Assembly (NCBI GenBank): GCA_964016885.1
Contig: OZ024742.1
Span: 164,796,001 to 164,860,000 of the forward strand
Length of the DNA stretch: 64,000 nucleotides
DNA from: Eledone cirrhosa
Lineage: Eukaryota
Direction of reading: 5' to 3'
The notes beneath the pieces were generated by a model, which searched no databases, was not told the DNA's origin, and was given only the letters and a program-made list of their open reading frames with translations. The position numbers were made by a program, and so were the translations under genes. This document shows, piece by piece, positions 38,301 through 52,000 of this stretch (position 1 is its first letter; every line of letters begins with the position of its first letter).

Positions 38301-40082
38301 CTCCCCCTGATTTTTTTTTACAAATTATCTACGCCTAATTTTTTTTACAAATTATCTCCCCCTGATTTTTTTTACAAATTATCTCCCCCTGATTTTTTTT
38401 ACAAATTATCTCCCCCTGATTTTTTTTTACAAATTATTTCCCCCTGATTTTTTTACAAATTATCTCCCCCCTGATTTTTTTAAAAATTATCTTCCCTTGG
38501 CTGGCGGGAAATTATCTCCCCTTGGACGGCTGGAAATTATATCCCCTTGGAGGCTGGAATTTATCTCCCCTTGGACGGCTAGAAATTACCTCGCCTTGGA
38601 CGGCTGGAAAATATGTCTCCTTGGACGGCTGGAAATTATCTCCCCTTGGACGGCTGGAAATTATCTCCCCTTGGACGGCTGTAAATTATCTCCCCTTGGA
38701 CGGCTAGATATTACCTCCCCTTGGACGGCTGGAAATTATCTCCCCTTGATTTTTTTTACAAATTATCTCCCCCTGATTTTTTTTTACAAATTATCTCCCC
38801 CTGATTTTTTTTTACGAATTATCTCCCCCTGATTTTTTTTTACAAATTATCTCCCCTTGAACGGCTGGAAATTATCTCCCCTTGGACGGCTGGAAATTAT
38901 CTCCCCTTGAAAGGCTAGAAATTACCTCTCCTTGGACGGCTGAAAATTATCTCCCCTTGGACGGCTGCAAATTATCTCCCCTTGATTTTTTAACAAATTA
39001 CCTCGCCTTGGACGGCTGGAAAATATGTCTCCTTGGACGGCTGGAAATTATCTCCCCTTGGACGGCTGGAAATTATCTCCCCTTGGACGGCTGGAAATTA
39101 TCTCCCATTGGACGGCTAGATATTACCTCCCCTTGGACGGCTGCAAATTATCTCCCCTTGATTTTTTTAACAAATTATCTCCCCCTGATTTTTTTTTACA
39201 AATTATCTCCCCCTGATTTTTTTTTACAAATTATCTACGCCTAATTTTTTTTACAAATTATCTCCCCCTGATTTATTTTTACAAATTATCTCCCGCTGAT
39301 TTTTTTTACAAATTATCTCCCCCTGATTTTTTTTTACAAATTATCTCCCCCTGATTTTTTTACAAATTATCTCCCCCCTGATTTTTTTTACAATCTCCGC
39401 CTGATTTTTTTAAAAATTATCTTCCCTTGGCTGGCGGGAAATTATCTCCCCTTGGACGGCTGGAAATTATATCCCCTTGGAAGGATGGAAATTATCTCCC
39501 CTTGGACGGCTGGAAATTATCTCCCCTTGGACGGCTGGAAATTATCTCCCCTTGGACAGCTGGAAATTATCTGCCCTTGATTTTGTTTTTACAAATTATC
39601 TCCCCCTGATTTTTTTTACAAATTATCTCCACCTGATTTTTTAAAAAATTATCTCCCCTTGGACGGCTGGAAATTATCTCCCCTTGATTTTTTTACAAAT
39701 TATCTCCCCCTGATTTTTTTTACAAATTATCTCCCCCTGATTTTTTTTTTACAAATTATCTCCCCCTGATTTTTTTACAAATTATCTCCCCCTGATTTTT
39801 TTTACAAATTATCTCCGCCTGATTTTTTTAAATATTATCTTCCCTTGGCTGGCGGGAAATTATCTCCCCTTGGACGGCTGAAAATTATCTCCCCTTGGAC
39901 GGCTGGAAATTATCTCCCCTTGATTTTTTTTACAAATTATCTCCCCCTGATTTTTTTTACAAATTATCTCCCCCTGATTTTTTTTTACAAATTATCTCCC
40001 CCTGATTTTTTTTTACAAATTATCTGCCCCTGATTTTTTTTACAAATTATCTCCCCCTGATTTTTTTACAAATTATCTCCCC

Positions 40083-43000
40083 TTGGCTGGCTGGAAATTA
40101 TCTCCCCTTGGAGGCTGGAATTTATCTCCCATTGGACGGCTAGAAATTACCTCTCCTTGGAAGGCTGGAAAATATTTCTCCTTGGACGGCTGGATATTAT
40201 CTACCCTTGGACGGGTGGAAATTATCTCCCCTTGGACGGCTGGAAATTATCTCCCCTTGGACAGCTAGATATTACCTCCCCTTGGACGGCTGGAAATTAT
40301 CTCCCCTTGATTTTTTTTACAAATTATCTCCCCCTGATTTTTTTTACAAATTATCTCCACCTGATTTTTTTACAAATTATCTCCCCCTGATTTTTTTTAC
40401 AAATTATCTCCCCCTGATTTTTTTACAAATTATCTCCCCTTGGCTGGCTGGAAATTATCTCCCCTTGGAGGCTGGAATTTATCTCCCCTTGGACGGCTGG
40501 AAATTATCTCCCCTTGATTTTTTTTACAAATTATCTACCCCTGATTTTTTTTACAAATTATCTCCCCCTGATTTTTTTTACAAATTATCTCCCCCTGATT
40601 TTTTTACAAATTATCTCCCCCTGATTTTTTTACAAATTATCTCCCCCTGATTTTTTTTTACAAATTATCTACGCCTAATTTTTTTTACAAATTATCTCCC
40701 CCTGATTTTTTTTTACAAATTATCTCCCCCTGATTTTTTTTTACAAATTATCTCCCCCTGATTTTTTTTTACAAATTATCTCCCCCTGATTTTTTTACAA
40801 ATTATCTCCCCCCTGATTTTTATTACAATCTCCGCCTGATTTTTTAAAAAATTATCTTCCCTTGGCTGGCGGGAAATTATCTTCCCTTGGACGGCTGGAA
40901 ATTATATCCCCTTGGAAGGATGGAAATTATCTCCCCTTGGACGGCTGGAAATTATCTCCCCTTGGACGGCTGGAAATTATCTCCCCTTGGACAGCTGGAA
41001 ATTATCTGCCCTTGATTTTGTTTTTACAAATTATCTCCCCCTGATTTTTTTTACAAATTATCTCCACCTGATTTTTTAAAAAATTATCTCCCCTTGGACG
41101 GCTGGAAATTATCTCCCCTTGGCTGGAAATTATCTCCCCTTGGACGGCTAGAAATTATCTCTCTTTGGACGGCTGGAAATTATCTGCCTTTGATTTTTTT
41201 TACAAATTATCTCCCCCTGATTTTTTTTTACAAATTATCTCACCCTGATTTTTTTTACAAATTATCTCCCTCTGATTTTTTTACAAATTATCTCCCCTTG
41301 GCTGGCTGGAAATTATCTCCCCTTGGAGGCTGGAATTTATCTCCCCTTGGACGGCTAGAAATTACCTCTCCTTGGACGGCTGGAAAATATGTCTCCTTGG
41401 ACGGCTGGATATTATCTACCCTTGGACGGCTGGAAATTATCTCCCCTTGGACGGCTGGAAATTATCTCCCCTTGGACGGCTAGATATTACCTCCCCTTGG
41501 ACGGCTGGAAATTATCTCCCCTTGATTTTTTTACAAATTATCTCCCCCTGATTTTTTTACAAATTATCTCCCCCTGATTTTTTTTACAAATTATCTCCGC
41601 CTAATTTTTTTAAATATTATCTTCCCTTGGCTGGCGGGAAATTATCTCCCCTTGGACGGCTGAAAATTATCTCCCCTTGGACGGCTGGAAATTATCTCCC
41701 CTTGATTTTTTTTACAAATTATCTGCCCCTGATTTTTTTTTACAAATTATCTCCCCCTGATTTTTTTTACAAATTATCTCCCCCTGATTTTTTTACAAAT
41801 TATCTCCCCTTGGCTGGCTGGAAATTATCTCCCCTTGGAGGCTGGAATTTATCTCCCCTTGGACGGCTAGAAATTACCTCTCCTTGGACGGCTGGAAAAT
41901 ATGTCCTTGGACGGCTGGATATTATCTACCCTTGGACGGCTGGAAATTATCTCCCCTTGGACGGCTGGAAATTATCTCCCCTTGGACGGCTAGATATTAC
42001 CTCCCCTTGGACGGCTGGAAATTATCTCCCCTTGATTTTTTTTACAAATTATCTCCCCCTGATTTTTTTTTACAAATTATCTCCCCCTGATTTTTTTTTA
42101 CAAATTATCTACCCCTGATTTTTTTTTACAAATTATCTCCCCCTGATTTTTTTTACAAATTATCTCCCCCTGATTTTTTTTTACAAATTATCTCCCCCTG
42201 ATTTTTTTTTACAAATTATCTACCCCTGATTTTTTTTACAAATTATCTCACCCTGATTTTTTTTACAAATTATCTCCCCCTGATTTTGTTTACAAATTAT
42301 CTCCCCCTGATTTTTTTACAAATTATCTCCCCCTGATTTTTTTTACAAATTATCTCCGCCTAATTTTTTTAAATATTATATTCCCTTGGCTGGCGGGAAA
42401 TTATCTCCCCTTGGACGGCTGAAAATTATCTCTCCTTGGACGGCTGGAAATTATCTCCCCTTGATTTTTTTTACAAATTATCTCCCCCTGATTATTTTTT
42501 ACAAATTATCTCCCCCTGATTTTTTTTTACAAATTATCTCCCCCTGATTTTTTTTACAAATTATCTCCCCCTGATTTTTTTACAAATTATCTCCCCTTGG
42601 CTGGCTGGAAATTATCTCCCCTTGGAGGCTGGAATTTATCTCCCCTTGGACGGTTAGAAATTACCTCTCCTTGGACGGCTGGAAAATATGTCTCCTTGGA
42701 CGGCTGGAAATTATCGCCCCTTGGACGGCTGGAAATTATCTCCCCTTGGACGGCTGGAAATTATCTCTCCTCGGACGGCTAGAAATTACCTCTCCTTGGA
42801 CAGCTGAAAATTATCTCCCCTTGGACGGCTGGAAATTATCTCCCCTTGATTTTTTTTACAAATTATCTCCCCCTGATTTTTTTTTACAAATTATCTCCCC
42901 CTGATTTTTTTTTACAAATTATCTCCCCCTGATTTTTTTTTACAAATTATCTCCCCCTGATATTTTTTACAAACTATCTCCCCCTGATTTTTTTACAAAT

Positions 43001-46000
43001 TATCTCCCCTTGGCTGGCTGGAAATTATCTCCCCTTGGAGGCTGGAATTTATCTCCCCTTAGACGGCTAGAAATTACCTCGCCTTGGACGGCTGGAAAAT
43101 ATGTCTCCTTGGACGGCTGGAAATTATCTCCCCTTGGACGGCTGGAAATTATCTCCCCTTGGACGGCTGGAAATTATCTCCCCTTGGACGGCTAGATATT
43201 ACCTCCCCTTGGACGGCTGGAAATTATCTCCCCTTGATTTTTTTTACAAATTATCTCCCCCTGATTTTTTTTTACAAATTATCTCCCCCTGATTTTTTTT
43301 TACGAATTATCTCCCCCCGATTTTTTTTTACAAATTATCTCCGCCTGATTTTTTTAAAAAAATTATCTCCCCTTGAACGGCTGGAAATTATCTCCCCTTG
43401 GACGGCTGGAAATTATCTCCCCTTGGACGGCTAGAAATTACCTCTCCTTGGACGGCTGAAAATTATCTCCCCTTGGACGGCTGCAAATTATCTCCCCTTG
43501 ATTTTTTAACAAATTATCTCCCCCTGATTTTTTTTTACAAATTATCTCCCCCTGATTTTTTTTTACAAATTATCTCCCCCTGATTTTTTTACAAATTATC
43601 TCCCCCTGATTTTTTTTACAATCTCCGCCTGATTTTTTTAAAAATTATCTTCCCTTGGCTGGCGGGAAATTATCTCCCCTTGGACGGCTGGAAATTATAT
43701 CCCCTTGGAAGGATGGAAATTATCTCCCCTTGGACGGCTGGAAATTATCTCCCCTTGGACGGCTGGAAATTATCTCCCCTTGGACAGCTGGAAATTATCT
43801 GCCCTTGATTTTGTTTTTACAAATTATCTCCCCCTGATTTTTTTTACAAATTATCTCCACCTGATTTTTTAAAAAATTATCTCCCCTTGGACGGCTGGAA
43901 ATTATCTCCCCTTGATTTTTTTACAAATTATCTCCCCCTGATTTTTTTTACAAATTATCTCCCCCTGATTTTTTGTTACAAATTATCTCCCCCTGATTTT
44001 TTTAAAAATTATCTCCCCCTGATTTTTTTTACAAATTATCTCCGCCTGATTTTTTTAAATATTATCTTCCCTTGGCTGGCGGGAAATTATCTCCCCTTGG
44101 ACGGCTGAAAATTATCTCCCCTTGGACGGCTGGAAATTATCTCCCCTTGATTTTTTTACAAATTATCTCCCCCTGATTTTTTTTTACAAATTATCTCCCC
44201 CTGATTTTTTTTACAAATTATCTCCCCCTGATTTTTTTTTACAAATTATCTCCCCCTGATTTTTTTACAAATTATCTCCCCTTGGCTAGCTGGAAATTAT
44301 CTCCCCTTGGAGGCTGGAATTTATCTCCCCTTGGACGGCTAGAAATTACCTCTCCTTGGACGGCTGGAAAATATGTCTCCTTGGACGGCTGGATATTATC
44401 TACCCTTGGACGGCTGGAAATTATCTCCCCTTGGACGGCTGGAAATTATCTCCCCTTGGACGGCTAGATATTACCTCCCCTTGGACGGCTGGAAATTATC
44501 TCCCCTTGATTTTTTTTACAAATTATCTCCCCCTGATTTTTTTTTACGAATTATCTCCCCCTGATTTTTTTTTACAAATTATCTCCGCCTGATTTTTTTT
44601 TTAAATTATCTCCCCTTGAACGGCTGGAAATTATCTCCCCTTGGACGGCTGGAAATTATCTCCCCTTGGACGGCTAGAAATTACCTCTCCTTGGACGGCT
44701 GAAAATTATCTCCCCTTGGACGGCTGCAAATTATCTCCCCTTGATTTTTTTAACAAATTATCTCCCCCTGATTTTTTTTTACAAATTATCTCCCCCTGAT
44801 TTTTTTTTACAAATTATCTACGCCTAATTTTTTTTACAAATTATCTCCCCCTGATTTTTTTTTACAAATTATCTCCCCCTGATTTTTTTTACAAATTATC
44901 TCCCCCTGATTTTTTTTTACAAATTATCTCCCCCTGATTTTTTTACAAATTATCTCCCCCCTGAATTTTTTTACAATCTCCGCCTGATTTTTTAAAAAAT
45001 TATCTTCCCTTGGCTGGCAGGAAATTATCTCCCCTTGGTCGGCTGGAAATTATATCCCCTTGGAAGGATGGAAATTATCTCCCCTTGGACGGCTGGAAAT
45101 TATCTCCCCTTGGACGGCTGGAAATTACCTCCCCTTGGACAGCTGGAAATTATCTGCCCTTGATTTTGTTTTTACAAATTATCTCCCCCTGATTTTTTTT
45201 ACAAATTATCTCCACCTGATTTTTTAAAAAATTATCTCCCCTTGATTTTTTTACAAATTATCTCCCCCTGATTTTTTTTACAAATTATCTCCCCCTGATT
45301 TTTTTTTTACAAATTATCTCCCCCTGATTTTTTTACAAATTATCTCCCCCTGATTTTTTTTACAAATTATCTCCGCCTGATTTTTTTTACAAATTATCTC
45401 CCCTTGGCTGGCTGGAAATTATCTCCCCTTGGAGGCTGGAATTTATCTCCCCTTGGACGGCTAGAAATTACCTCTCCTTGGACGGCTGGAAAATATGTCC
45501 TTGGACGGCTGGATATTATCTACCCTTGGACGGCTGGAAATTATCTCCCCTTGGACGGCTGGAAATTATCTCCCCTTGGAGGCTGGAATTTATCTCCCCT
45601 TGGACGGCTAGAAATTACCTCTCCTTGGACGGCTGGAAAATATGTCCTTGGACGGCTGGATATTACCTCCCCTTGGACGGCTGGAAATTATCTCCCCTTG
45701 ATTTTTTTTACAAATTATCTCCCCCTGATTTTTTTTACAAATCTAATGATTTTAAAAAAAAAATTATCTCCCCTTCGCTGGCTGGAAATTATCTCCCCTT
45801 CGCTGGCTGGAAATTATCTCCCCTTGGACGCTGGAAATTATAGCCCCTTGGAGGGCTGGAAATTATCTTCCCTTGGACGGCTGGAAATTATCTCCCCTTG
45901 GCTCGAAATTATCTCCCCTTGGACGGCTAGAAATTATCTCTCTTTGGACGGCTGGAAATTATCTCCCTTTGATTTTTTTTACAAATTATCTCCCCCTGAT

Positions 46001-49000
46001 TTTTTTTACAAATCTCCCCCTGATTTTTTAAAAAAAATTATCTCCCCTTCGCTGGCTGGAAATTATCTCCCCTTGGACACTGGAAATTATAGCCCCTTGG
46101 AGGGCTGGAAATTATCTTCCCTTGGACGGCTGGAAATTATCTCTGCTTGATTTTTTTTACAAATTATCTCCCCCTGATTTTTTTTTACAAATTATCCCCC
46201 CCGATTTTTTTTACAAATTATCTCCCCCTGATTTTTTTTACAAATTATCTCCCCTTGGACGGCTGGAAATTATCTCCCCTTGGACGGCTGGAAATTATCT
46301 CCCCTTGGACGGCTAGAAATTACCTCTCCTTGGACGACTGAAAATTATCTCCCCTTGGACGGCTGCAAATTATCTCCCCTTGATTTTTTTTACAAATTAT
46401 CTCCGCCTGATTTTTTTTTTAAAATTATCTCCCCTTGGACGGCTGGAAATTACCTCCCCTTGGACGGCTGGAAATTATCTCCCCTTGGACGGCTAGAAAT
46501 TACCTCTCATTGGACGGCTGAAAATTATCTCCCCTTGGACGGCTGGAAATTATCTCCCCTTGATTTCTTTTACAAATTATCTCCCCCTGATTTTTTTTTA
46601 CAAATTATCTCCCCCTGATTTTTTTTTTACAAATTATCTCCGCCTGATTTTTTTTTAAAATTATCTCTCCTTGGACGGCTGGATATTATCTCCCCTTTCA
46701 TTTTTTTTACAAATTATCTCCCCCTGATTTTTTTTTACAAATTATCTCCCCCTGATTTTTTTTTTACAAATTATCTACCCCTAATTTTTTTTTACAAATT
46801 ATCTCCCCCTGATTTTTTTTACAAATTATCTCCCCCTGATTTTTTTTTTACAAATTATCTCCCCCTGATTTTTTTACAAATTATCTCCCCCTGATTTTTT
46901 TTACAAATTATCTCCGCCTGATTTTTTTAAATATTATCTTCTCTTGGCTGGCGGGAAATTATCTCCCCTTGGACGGCTGAAAATTATCTCCCCTTGGACG
47001 GCTGGAAATTATCTCCCCTTGATTTTTTTTACAAATTATCTCCCCCTGATTTTTTTTTACAAATTATCTCCCCCTGATTTTTTTTACAAATTATCTCCCC
47101 CTGATTTTTTTTTACAAATTATCTCCCCCTGATTTTTTTTACAAATTATCTCCCCCTGATTTTTTTACAAATTATCTCCCCTTGGCTGGCTGGAAATTAT
47201 CTCCCCTTGGAGGCTGGAATTTATCTCCCCTTGGACGGCTAGAAATTACCTCTCCTTGGACGGCTGGAAAATATGTCCTTGGACGGCTGGATATTATCTA
47301 CCCTTGGACGGCTGGAAATTATCTCCCCTTGGACGGCTGGAAATTATCTCCCCTTGGACGGCTAGATATTACCTCCCCTTGGACGGCTGGAAATTATCTC
47401 CCCTTGATTTTTTTTACAAATTATCCCCCCCTGATTTTTTTTTACAAATTATCTTCCCCTGATTTTTTTTTACAAATTATCTACCCCTGATTTTTTTTTA
47501 CAAATTATCTCCCCCTAATTTTTTTTACAAATTATCTCTCCCTGATTTTTTTTTACAAATTATCTCCCCCTGATTTTTTTTTACAAATTATCTACCCCTG
47601 ATTTTTTTTTACAAATTATCTCCCCCTGATTTTTTTTACAAATTATCTCCCCCTGATTTTTTTTACAAATTATCTCCCCCTGATTTTTTTACAAATTATC
47701 TCCCCCCGATTTTTTTTACAAATTATCTCCGCCTAATTTTTTTAAATATTATCTTCCCTTGGCTGGCGGGAAATTATCTCCCCTTGGACGGCTGAAAATT
47801 ATCTCCCCTTGGACGGCTGGAAATTATCTCCCCTTGATTTTTTTACAAATTATCTCCCCCTGATTATTTTTTACAAATTATCTCCCCCTGATTTTTTTTT
47901 ACAAATTATCTCCCTCTCATTTTTTTTACAAATTATCTCCCCTTGGCTGGCTGGAAATTATCTCCCCTTGGAGGCTGGAATTTATCTCCACTTGGACGGT
48001 TAGAAATTACCTCTCCTTGGACTGCTGGAAAATATGTCTCCTTGGACGGCTGGAAATTATCTCCCCTTGGACGGCTGGAAATTATCTCCCCTTGGACGGC
48101 TGGAAATTATCTCTCCTCGGACGACTAGAAATTACCTCTCCTTGGACAGCTGAAAATTATCTCCCCTTGGACGGCTGGAAATTATCTCCCCTTGATTTTT
48201 TTTACAAATTATCTCCCCCCGATTTTTTTTTACAAATTATCTCCCCCTGATTTTTTTTTACAAATTATCTCCCCCTGATTTTTTTTACAAATTATCTCCC
48301 CCTGATATTTTTTACAAATTATCTCCCCCTGATTTTTTTACAAATTATCTCCCCTTGGCTGGCTGGAAATTATCTCCCCTTGGAGGCTGGAATTTATCTC
48401 CCCTTGGACGGCTAGAAATTACCTCGCCTTGGACGGCTGGAAAATATGTCTCCTTGGACGGCTGGAAATTATCTCCCCTTGGACGGCTGGAAATTATCTC
48501 CCCTTGGACGGCTGGAAATTATCTCCCCTTGGACGGCTAGATATTACCTCCCCTTGGACGGCTGGAAATTATCTCCCCTTGATTTTTTTTACAAATTATC
48601 TCCCCCTGATTTTTTTTTTAAATTATCTCCCCTTGAACGGCTGGAAATTATCTCCCCTTGGACGGCTGGAAATTATCTCCCCTTGGACGGCTAGAAATTA
48701 CCTCTCCTTGGACGGCTGAAAATTATCTCCCCTTGGACGGCTGCAAATTATCTCCCCTTGATTTTTTAACAAATTATCTCCCCCTGATTTTTTTTTACAA
48801 ATTATCTCCCCCTGATTTTTTTTTACAAATTATCTACGCCTAATTTTTTTTACAAATTATCTCCCCCTGATTTTTTTTTACAAATTATCTCCCCCTGATT
48901 TTTTTTACAAATTATCTCCCCCTGATTTTTTTTTACAAATTATTTCCCCCTGATTTTTTTACAAATTATCTCCCCCCTGATTTTTTTTACAATCTCCGCC

Positions 49001-52000
49001 TGATTTTTTTAAAAATTATCTTGCCTTGGCTGGCGGGAAATTATCTCCCCTTGGACGGCTGGAAATTATATCCCCTTGGACGGCTGGAAATTACCTCCCC
49101 TTGGACAGCTGGAAATTATCTGCCCTTGATTTTGTTTTTACAAATTATCTCCCCCTGATTTTTTTTACAAATTATCTCCACCTGATTTTTTAAAAAATTA
49201 TCTCCCCTTGGACGGCTGGAAATTATCTCCCCTTGATTTTTTTACAAATTATCTCCCCCTGATTTTTTTTACAAATTATCTCCCCCTGATTTTTTTTTAC
49301 AAATTATCTCCCCCTGATTTTTTTACAAATTATCTCCCCCTGATTTTTTTTACAAATTATCTCCGCCTGATTTTTTTAAATATTATCTTCCCTTGGCTGG
49401 CGGGAAATTATCTCCCCTTGGACGGCTGATAATTATCTCCCCTTGGACGGCTGGAAATTATCTCCCCTTGATTTTTTTTACAAATTATCTCCCCCTGATT
49501 TTTTTTTACAAATTATCTCCCCCTGATTTTTTTTACAAATTATCTCCGCCTGATTTTTTTAAATATTATCTTCCCTTGGCTGGCTGGAAATTATCTCCCC
49601 TTGGAGGCTGGAATTTATCTCCCCTTGGACGGCTAGAAATTACCTCTCCTTGGACGGCTGGAAAATATTTCTCCTTGGACGGCTGGATATTATCTACCCT
49701 TGGACGGGTGGAAATTATCTCCCCTTGGACGGCTGGAAATTATCTCCCCTTGGACAGCTAGATATTACCTCCCCTTGGACGGCTGGAAATTATCTCCCCT
49801 TGATTTTTTTTACAAATTATCTCCCCCTGATTTTTTTTACAAATTATCTCCACCTGATTTTTTTACAAATTATCTCCCCCTGATTTTTTTTACAAATTAT
49901 CTCCCCCTGATTTTTTTACAAATTATCTCCCCTTGGCTGGCTGGAAATTATCTCCCCTTGGAGGCTGGAATTTATCTCCCCTTGGACGGCTGGAAATTAT
50001 CTCCCCTTGATTTTTTTTACAAATTATCTACCCCTGATTTTTTTTACAAATTATCTCCCCCTGATTTTTTTTACAAATTATCTCCCCCTGATTTTTTTAC
50101 AAATTATCTCCCCCTGATTTTTTTACAAATTATCTCCCCCTGATTTTTTTTTACAAATTATCTACGCCTAATTTTTTTTACAAATTATCTCCCCCTGATT
50201 TTTTTTTACAAATTATCTCCCCCTGATTTTTTTTTACAAATTATCTCCCCCTGATTTTTTTTTACAAATTATCTCCCCCTGATTTTTTTACAAATTATCT
50301 CCCCCCTGATTTTTATTACAATCTCCGCCTGATTTTTTAAAAAATTATCTTCCCTTGGCTGGCGGGAAATTATCTTCCCTTGGACGGCTGGAAATTATAT
50401 CCCCTTGGAAGGATGGAAATTATCTCCCCTTGGACGGCTGGAAATTATCTCCCCTTGGACGGCTGGAAATTATCTCCCCTTGGACAGCTGGAAATTATCT
50501 GCCCTTGATTTTGTTTTTACAAATTATCTCCCCCTGATTTTTTTTACAAATTATCTCCACCTGATTTTTTAAAAAATTATCTCCCCTTGGACGGCTGGAA
50601 ATTATCTCCCCTTGGCTGGAAATTATCTCCCCTTGGACGGCTAGAAATTATCTCTCTTTGGACGGCTGGAAATTATCTGCCTTTGATTTTTTTTACAAAT
50701 TATCTCCCCCTGATTTTTTTTTACAAATTATCTCACCCTGATTTTTTTTACAAATTATCTCCCTCTGATTTTTTTACAAATTATCTCCCCTTGGCTGGCT
50801 GGAAATTATCTCCCCTTGGAGGCTGGAATTTATCTCCCCTTGGACGGCTAGAAATTACCTCTCCTTGGACGGCTGGAAAATATGTCTCCTTGGACGGCTG
50901 GATATTATCTACCCTTGGACGGCTGGAAATTATCTCCCCTTGGACGGCTGGAAATTATCTCCCCTTGGACGGCTAGATATTACCTCCCCTTGGACGGCTG
51001 GAAATTATCTCCCCTTGATTTTTTTACAAATTATCTCCCCCTGATTTTTTTACAAATTATCTCCCCCTGATTTTTTTTACAAATTATCTCCGCCTAATTT
51101 TTTTAAATATTATCTTCCCTTGGCTGGCGGGAAATTATCTCCCCTTGGACGGCTGAAAATTATCTCCCCTTGGACGGCTGGAAATTATCTCCCCTTGATT
51201 TTTTTTACAAATTATCTGCCCCTGATTTTTTTTTACAAATTATCTCCCCCTGATTTTTTTTACAAATTATCTCCCCCTGATTTTTTTACAAATTATCTCC
51301 CCTTGGCTGGCTGGAAATTATCTCCCCTTGGAGGCTGGAATTTATCTCCCCTTGGACGGCTAGAAATTACCTCTCCTTGGACGGCTGGAAAATATGTCCT
51401 TGGACGGCTGGATATTATCTACCCTTGGACGGCTGGAAATTATCTCCCCTTGGACGGCTGGAAATTATCTCCCCTTGGACGGCTAGATATTACCTCCCCT
51501 TGGACGGCTGGAAATTATCTCCCCTTGATTTTTTTTACAAATTATCTCCCCCTGATTTTTTTTTACAAATTATCTCCCCCTGATTTTTTTTTACAAATTA
51601 TCTACCCCTGATTTTTTTTTACAAATTATCTCCCCCTGATTTTTTTTACAAATTATCTCCCCCTGATTTTTTTTTACAAATTATCTCCCCCTGATTTTTT
51701 TTTACAAATTATCTACCCCTGATTTTTTTTACAAATTATCTCCCCCTGATTTTTTTTACAAATTATCTCCCCCTGATTTTGTTTACAAATTATCTCCCCC
51801 TGATTTTTTTACAAATTATCTCCCCCTGATTTTTTTTACAAATTATCTCCGCCTAATTTTTTTAAATATTATCTTCCCTTGGCTGGCGGGAAATTATCTC
51901 CCCTTGGACGGCTGAAAATTATCTCTCCTTGGACGGCTGGAAATTATCTCCCCTTGATTTTTTTTACAAATTATCTCCCCCTGATTATTTTTTACAAATT

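Noticed and set aside
45404-46150. Longest ORF, 248 aa, repeated at 54897-55643
   Set aside because: A chance run of frame-preserving monomers. The homologous segments at 2254 and 8476 are interrupted by a stop after 117 aa, and there is no recognisable domain.
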